From assembly GCF_000009045.1 (NCBI RefSeq), contig NC_000964.3, forward strand, positions 1,770,001 through 1,802,000: 32,000 nt of DNA, read 5' to 3'. Every line of letters begins with the position of its first letter. Positions within the stretch are counted from its first letter, which is position 1. This document shows positions 28,801 through 32,000 of the stretch, one piece after another. Position numbers and translations under genes: made by a program. This stretch comes from Bacillus subtilis subsp. subtilis str. 168 (lineage in GTDB: Bacteria > Bacillota > Bacilli > Bacillales > Bacillaceae). Below the pieces are notes generated by a model that saw only the letters and a list, made by a program, of their open reading frames with translations, was not told where the DNA came from and searched no databases.

Positions 28801-31800
28801 TTGCTGTTGTATTGCTGAAAAAAGCAGCTGATGCAGTAAAGGACGGGGATCATATCTATGCCTTGCTGAGAGGCATTGGTGTAAATAACGACGGCGCTGA
28901 CAAAGTCGGCTTTTATGCTCCAAGCGTTAAAGGCCAGGCTGACGTGGTCCAACAGGTCATGAATCAAACGAAGGTACAGCCTGAATCCATCTGCTATGTA
29001 GAAGCACACGGGACCGGAACGAAGCTGGGGGACCCGATCGAGCTGGCGGCTTTAACAAACGTTTACAGGCAATATACAAATAAAACGCAATTTTGCGGCA
29101 TTGGGTCGGTGAAAACCAATATCGGACATTTAGATACAGCCGCCGGTCTTGCGGGCTGCATTAAGGTTGTGATGAGTCTTTATCATCAAGAGCTTGCACC
29201 GAGTGTCAATTATAAGGAGCCGAATCCAAATACAGACTTAGCCAGCTCTCCTTTTTACGTCGTCGATCAAAAGAAAACGTTAAGCCGTGAGATCAAAACG
29301 CACAGGGCTGCACTTAGCTCGTTCGGGCTTGGCGGGACAAATACCCATGCCATTTTTGAACAATTCAAAAGGGATTCAGATAAGGGAAAGATAGACGGAA
29401 CCTGCATCGTCCCGATCTCGGCGAAAAATAAAGAGAGGCTGCAAGAGTATGCAGAAGACATTCTGGCCTATTTAGAAAGAAGAGGGTTTGAGAACAGCCA
29501 GCTGCCTGATTTTGCGTATACCCTTCAGGTGGGGCGCGAAGCGATGGAGCATCGCGTTGTCTTTATTGCCGATCATGTAAATGAGTTAAAACAGAGGCTC
29601 ACAGATTTTATCAATGGAAATACAGCGATTGAAGGCTGTTTTCAAGGAAGTAAGCACAATGCCAGAGAGGTTTCATGGCTGACGGAGGATGAGGACAGCG
29701 CTGAACTCATACGTAAGTGGATGGCCAAAGGAAAAGTAAACAAGCTTGCAGAAATGTGGAGCAAGGGAGCGCATATAGATTGGATGCAGCTTTACAAGGG
29801 AGAGCGCCCAAACAGAATGAGTCTGCCGACTTATCCATTTGCAAAGGAACGATACTGGCCGTCGCAGGATGACCGCAAACCGGTGGCGCAGATATCCGGA
29901 AATCAGACAGGGATCGGCTCTATTCATCCATTGCTTCATCAGAATACATCTGATTTTTCTGAACAGAAATTCAGTTCGGTTTTCACTGGTGACGAATTTT
30001 TCCTGAGAGACCATGTGGTAAGAGGAAAGCCTGTGCTTCCTGGTGTTGCGTACCTTGAAATGGCGTACGCGGCTATAAACCAGGCGGCAGGAAGTGAAAT
30101 TGGCCAAGATGTCAGAATCAGATTGAATCATACAGTCTGGGTTCAGCCTGTTGTGGTTGACAGACATTCAGCTCAAGTGGATATCAGTCTCTTTCCTGAA
30201 GAAGATGGAAAAATCACCTTTGACATTTACAGTACACAGGAAGACGGGGACGACCCTGTTATTCATAGTCAAGGCAGTGCGGAGCTGGCATCTGCCGCCG
30301 AAACGCCAGTCGCAGATCTCACTGAAATGTCACGCCGTTGCGGCAAAGGAAAGATGTCGCCTGATCAATTTTACGAAGAAGGCAGAAGCAGAGGAATGTT
30401 CCATGGTCCGGCCTTTCAAGGAATTAAGAATGTGAATATAGGAAACAGAGAGGTTTTGGCGCAGCTGCAGCTTCCAGAAATCGTTTCTGGAACGAATGAA
30501 CAGTTTGTGCTGCACCCAAGTATCATGGATTCCGCCTTGCAGACAGCAACAATATGCATCATGCAGGAATTGACGGATCAAAAGCTGATTTTGCCATTTG
30601 CGCTTGAGGAGCTTGAAGTGATCAAAGGGTGTTCTTCTTCTATGTGGGCTTATGCCCGCTTAAGTGACAGCGATCACTCCGGAGGGGTTGTTCAGAAAGC
30701 GGATATCGATGTCATTGACGAGAGTGGAACCGTATGTGTCAGGATCAAAGGATTTTCAACGAGAGTATTAGAAGGGGAGGTTCATACTTCAAAGCCTTCA
30801 ACACGGCACGAACGCTTAATGCTTGAACCGGTGTGGGAAAAACAGAATGAAGAACGAGAGGACGAAGATCTTTCGTACACGGAGCATATCATTGTTCTCT
30901 TCGAAACTGAACGAAGTGTCACAGACAGCATTGCCTCCCACATGAAAGATGCCCGTGTGATTACTCTAAACGAAGCTGTAGGACATATTGCTGAACGTTA
31001 TCAATGTTACATGCAGAACATTTTTGAACTCCTGCAAAGCAAGGTCCGTAAGCTTTCTGCAGGCCGTATCATCATTCAAGCGATTGTTCCGCTGGAAAAA
31101 GAGAAGCAATTGTTTGCCGGCGTTTCCGGTCTGTTTAAAACAGCAGAAATAGAGTTCAGCAAACTGACTGCTCAGGTCATCGAAATTGAGAAACCTGAAG
31201 AGATGATAGACCTTCACCTCAAGCTGAAAGACGACAGCCGGAGACCATTTGACAAACAGATTCGATATGAGGCTGGATACCGTTTTGTGAAAGGCTGGAG
31301 GGAAATGGTGCTTCCTTCAGCTGATACGCTTCACATGCCGTGGAGAGACGAGGGTGTTTATCTAATCACAGGCGGAGCAGGAAGCTTAGGCCTTCTGTTT
31401 GCAAAGGAAATTGCCAATCGAACTGGCCGGTCTACTATTGTGCTGACGGGACGATCTGTTTTAAGTGAGGATAAGGAAAACGAGCTGGAGGCTCTTCGAA
31501 GCATCGGAGCGGAGGTTGTCTATCGAGAGGCTGATGTAAGTGATCAGCATGCGGTTCGTCATCTTTTGGAGGAAATCAAAGAAAGATATGGCACTCTCAA
31601 TGGAATTATTCACGGTGCAGGCAGCAGTAAAGATCGCTTCATCATTCATAAAACGAATGAAGAGTTTCAAGAAGTGTTGCAGCCAAAAGTGAGCGGGTTG
31701 TTACATGTAGACGAATGCAGCAAGGATTTCCCATTGGACTTTTTCATTTTCTTCTCTTCTGTTTCGGGATGTTTAGGAAACGCTGGACAAGCCGATTATG

Positions 31801-32000
31801 CGGCAGCCAATTCGTTTATGGATGCATTTGCTGAATACCGCCGTTCTCTTGCGGCATCAAAAAAGAGATTCGGCTCCACCATTTCCTTCAATTGGCCGTT
31901 ATGGGAAGAAGGCGGTATGCAAGTCGGCGCTGAAGATGAAAAGAGAATGCTGAAAACGACGGGAATGGTCCCGATGCCGACAGATAGTGGCTTGAAAGCA
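22806..32000 (+). CDS. pksJ: Hybrid NRPS/trans-AT PKS megasynthase PksJ, first 3065 codons (continues beyond the window)
   Basis: It is absent from the supplied ORF track because it has no stop in the window. GGAGG (22794-22798) lies 7 nt before ATG 22806 (MRNNDNIRIL...). Every conserved motif I located (23391, 24684, 25269, 27870, 28599, 30012, 31368, 31797) is in the same phase as 22806. All four + strand ORFs the track lists after 22806 are in one other frame, and none is in this frame. Window position 32000 ends a complete codon. Confidence 0.95.
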   Translation, partial: MRNNDNIRILTNPSVSHGEPLHISEKQPATIPEVLYRTATELGDTKGIIYLQPDGTEVYQSYRRLWDDGLRIAKGLRQSGLKAKQSVILQLGDNSQLLPAFWGCVLTGVVPAPLAVPPTYAESSSGTQKLKDAWTLLDKPAVITDRGMHQEMLDWAKEQGLEGFRAIIVEDLLSAEADTDWHQSSPEDLALLLLTSGSTGTPKAVMLNHRNIMSMVKGIIQMQGFTREDITFNWMPFDHVGGIGMLHLRDVYLGCQEINVSSETILMEPLKWLDWIDHYRASVTWAPNFAFGLVTDFAEEIKDKKWDLSSMRYMLNGGEAMVAKVGRRILELLEPHGLPADAIRPAWGMSETSSGVIFSHEFTRAGTSDDDHFVEIGSPIPGFSMRIVNDHNELVEEGEIGRFQVSGLSVTSGYYQRPDLNESVFTEDGWFETGDLGFLRNGRLTITGRTKDAIIINGINYYSHAIESAVEELPEIETSYTAACAVRLGQNSTDQLAIFFVTSAKLNDEQMSQLLRNIQSHVSQVIGVTPEYLLPVQKEEIPKTAIGKIQRTQLKTSFENGEFDHLLHKPNRMNDAVQDEGIQQADQVKRVREEIQKHLLTCLTEELHVSHDWVEPNANIQSLGVNSIKMMKLIRSIEKNYHIKLTAREIHQYPTIERLASYLSEHEDLSSLSADKKGTDTYKTEPERSQATFQPLSEVQKGLWTLQKMSPEKSAYHVPLCFKFSSGLHHETFQQAFGLVLNQHPILKHVIQEKDGVPFLKNEPALSIEIKTENISSLKESDIPAFLRKKVKEPYVKENSPLVRVMSFSRSEQEHFLLVVIHHLIFDGVSSVTFIRSLFDTYQLLLKGQQPEKAVSPAIYHDFAAWEKNMLAGKDGVKHRTYWQKQLSGTLPNLQLPNVSASSVDSQFREDTYTRRLSSGFMNQVRTFAKEHSVNVTTVFLSCYMMLLGRYTGQKEQIVGMPAMVRPEERFDDAIGHFLNMLPIRSELNPADTFSSFISKLQLTILDGLDHAAYPFPKMVRDLNIPRSQAGSPVFQTAFFYQNFLQSGSYQSLLSRYADFFSVDFVEYIHQEGEYELVFELWETEEKMELNIKYNTGLFDAASISAMFDHFVYVTEQAMLNPSQPLKEYSLLPEAEKQMILKTWNATGKTYPYITFHELFEQQAKKTPDRAAVSYEGQTLTYRELDEKSTQLAIYLQAHGVGPDRLAGIYVDRSLDMLVGLLAILKAGGAYVPLDPSYPAERLEYMLEDSEVFITLTTSELVNTLSWNGVTTALLDQDWDEIAQTASDRKVLTRTVTPENLAYVIYTSGSTGKPKGVMIPHKALTNFLVSMGETPGLTAEDKMLAVTTYCFDIAALELFLPLIKGAHCYICQTEHTKDVEKLKRDIRAIKPTVMQATPATWKMLFYSGWENEESVKILCGGEALPETLKRYFLDTGSEAWNMFGPTETTIWSAVQRINVECSHATIGRPIANTQIYITDSQLAPVPAGVPGELCIAGDGVAKGYYKKEELTDSRFIDNPFEPGSKLYRTGDMARWLTGGRIEYIGRIDNQVKIRGFRIELGDIESRLSEHPGILECVVVADMDNLAAYYTAKHANASLTARELRHFVKNALPAYMVPSYFIQLDHMPLTPNGKIDRNSLKNIDLSGEQLKQRQTSPKNIQDTVFTIWQEVLKTSDIEWDDGFFDVGGDSLLAVTVADRIKHELSCEFSVTDLFEYSTIKNISQYITEQRMGDASDHIPTDPAAHIEDQSTEMSDLPDYYDDSVAIIGISCEFPGAKNHDEFWENLRDGKESIAFFNKEELQRFGISKEIAENADYVPAKASIDGKDRFDPSFFQISPKDAEFMDPQLRMLLTHSWKAIEDAGYAARQIPQTSVFMSASNNSYRALLPSDTTESLETPDGYVSWVLAQSGTIPTMISHKLGLRGPSYFVHANCSSSLIGLHSAYKSLLSGESDYALVGGATLHTESNIGYVHQPGLNFSSDGHIKAFDASADGMIGGEGVAVVLLKKAADAVKDGDHIYALLRGIGVNNDGADKVGFYAPSVKGQADVVQQVMNQTKVQPESICYVEAHGTGTKLGDPIELAALTNVYRQYTNKTQFCGIGSVKTNIGHLDTAAGLAGCIKVVMSLYHQELAPSVNYKEPNPNTDLASSPFYVVDQKKTLSREIKTHRAALSSFGLGGTNTHAIFEQFKRDSDKGKIDGTCIVPISAKNKERLQEYAEDILAYLERRGFENSQLPDFAYTLQVGREAMEHRVVFIADHVNELKQRLTDFINGNTAIEGCFQGSKHNAREVSWLTEDEDSAELIRKWMAKGKVNKLAEMWSKGAHIDWMQLYKGERPNRMSLPTYPFAKERYWPSQDDRKPVAQISGNQTGIGSIHPLLHQNTSDFSEQKFSSVFTGDEFFLRDHVVRGKPVLPGVAYLEMAYAAINQAAGSEIGQDVRIRLNHTVWVQPVVVDRHSAQVDISLFPEEDGKITFDIYSTQEDGDDPVIHSQGSAELASAAETPVADLTEMSRRCGKGKMSPDQFYEEGRSRGMFHGPAFQGIKNVNIGNREVLAQLQLPEIVSGTNEQFVLHPSIMDSALQTATICIMQELTDQKLILPFALEELEVIKGCSSSMWAYARLSDSDHSGGVVQKADIDVIDESGTVCVRIKGFSTRVLEGEVHTSKPSTRHERLMLEPVWEKQNEEREDEDLSYTEHIIVLFETERSVTDSIASHMKDARVITLNEAVGHIAERYQCYMQNIFELLQSKVRKLSAGRIIIQAIVPLEKEKQLFAGVSGLFKTAEIEFSKLTAQVIEIEKPEEMIDLHLKLKDDSRRPFDKQIRYEAGYRFVKGWREMVLPSADTLHMPWRDEGVYLITGGAGSLGLLFAKEIANRTGRSTIVLTGRSVLSEDKENELEALRSIGAEVVYREADVSDQHAVRHLLEEIKERYGTLNGIIHGAGSSKDRFIIHKTNEEFQEVLQPKVSGLLHVDECSKDFPLDFFIFFSSVSGCLGNAGQADYAAANSFMDAFAEYRRSLAASKKRFGSTISFNWPLWEEGGMQVGAEDEKRMLKTTGMVPMPTDSGLKA
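22890..24560 (+). other. PksJ domain 1: acyl-AMP ligase / adenylation-type loading domain (AL)
   Basis: ANL-superfamily cores: LLLTSGSTGTPKAV, GMSETSSG, FETGDLGF, GRTKDAIIINGINYYSHAIE and PKTAIGKIQR. Boundaries are approximate. Confidence 0.85.
24573..24800 (+). other. PksJ carrier domain T1
   Basis: The motif LGVNSIKMMKL places the phosphopantetheinyl Ser codon at 24684-24686 (aa 627). Confidence 0.8.
24882..26190 (+). other. PksJ condensation (C) domain
   Basis: It begins with QPLSEVQKGLW. The HHxxxDG motif HHLIFDG lies at 25269-25289. Confidence 0.88.
26200..27730 (+). other. PksJ adenylation domain A2 (predicted glycine-specific)
   Basis: Cores: LAYVIYTSGSTGKPKGV, NMFGPTETT, YRTGDMARW, GRIDNQVKIRGFRIELGDIE and PNGKIDR. 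The hand-derived 10-residue code DILQLGMIWK resembles published Gly codes. Confidence 0.85.
27783..27995 (+). other. PksJ peptidyl carrier domain T2
   Basis: The motif FFDVGGDSLLAV places the Ser codon at 27870-27872 (aa 1689). Confidence 0.85.
28089..29365 (+). other. PksJ ketosynthase domain KS1 (condensing)
   Basis: Motifs: VAIIGISCEFPGA, active-site Cys in HANCSSSL (codon 28599-28601), EAHGTGT and KTNIGHL. Confidence 0.9.
29925..30780 (+). other. PksJ dehydratase (DH) domain
   Basis: It opens with HPLLH. The HxxxGxxxxP motif HVVRGKPVLP has its His codon at 30012-30014. GVAYLE and the later HPSIMDSALQ (DxxxQ) are also present. Only about 187 aa separate KS1 from the DH, which is too short for an embedded AT. 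Confidence 0.85.
30880..32000 (+). other. PksJ ketoreductase (KR) domain, truncated by the window end
   Basis: The NADPH-binding motif TGGAGSLG lies at 31368-31391. The catalytic Tyr in ADYAAAN is at 31797-31799. An Asp in HGAGSSKDRF (31632-31634) occupies the LDD position of B-type KRs. The start of the structural subdomain is approximate. Confidence 0.8.

Noticed and set aside
29673-30167. Track ORF of 164 aa on the minus strand (likewise 20361-20762, 24341-24731, 28426-29009 and others)
   Set aside because: They are antisense shadows inside pksJ and pksG. The sense frames carry continuous conserved PKS/NRPS/HMGS motifs.

Overview
I recognise this window, from memory of gene order and protein sequences and not from any search, as a Bacillus subtilis-group chromosomal segment. 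It has two parts. (1) Positions 1-10.3 kb are a conserved core block on the + strand: the 3' end of spoVS, tdh-kbl (threonine to glycine + acetyl-CoA), miaB(ymcB)-ricA(ymcA), cotE, and mutS-mutL. (2) Positions 10.3-32 kb are an accessory block. It holds a possible micro-ORF transcription unit, two minus-strand membrane-protein genes (ymzD, ymcC), the divergent TetR gene pksA, and the 5' part of the pksX/bacillaene trans-AT polyketide/non-ribosomal-peptide locus. That locus comprises pksB (MBL-fold hydrolase), pksC, pksD and pksE (free-standing acyltransferases, pksE fused to an enoyl reductase), the beta-branching cassette acpK-pksF-pksG-pksH-pksI, and the first 3065 codons of the megasynthase pksJ. 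The supplied ORF track does not list pksJ (22806 to the window end, about 9.2 kb) because it has no stop codon in the window. I placed it by following conserved motifs that all fall in one frame. I found no tRNA, rRNA, CRISPR array, IS element or phage gene. On novelty: the only 'system' here is the bacillaene assembly line, which is already well described. I see no evidence of an undescribed multi-gene system. The under-explained parts are non-coding. They are a promoter/SD/27-codon ORF/terminator unit after mutL, a twin-palindrome divergent control region with an apparently leaderless pksA, a 372-nt ORF-poor leader before pksC, and a 503-nt non-coding gap with scrambled minus-strand ORF fragments between pksC and pksD. 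All promoter and operator calls are sequence-only predictions.
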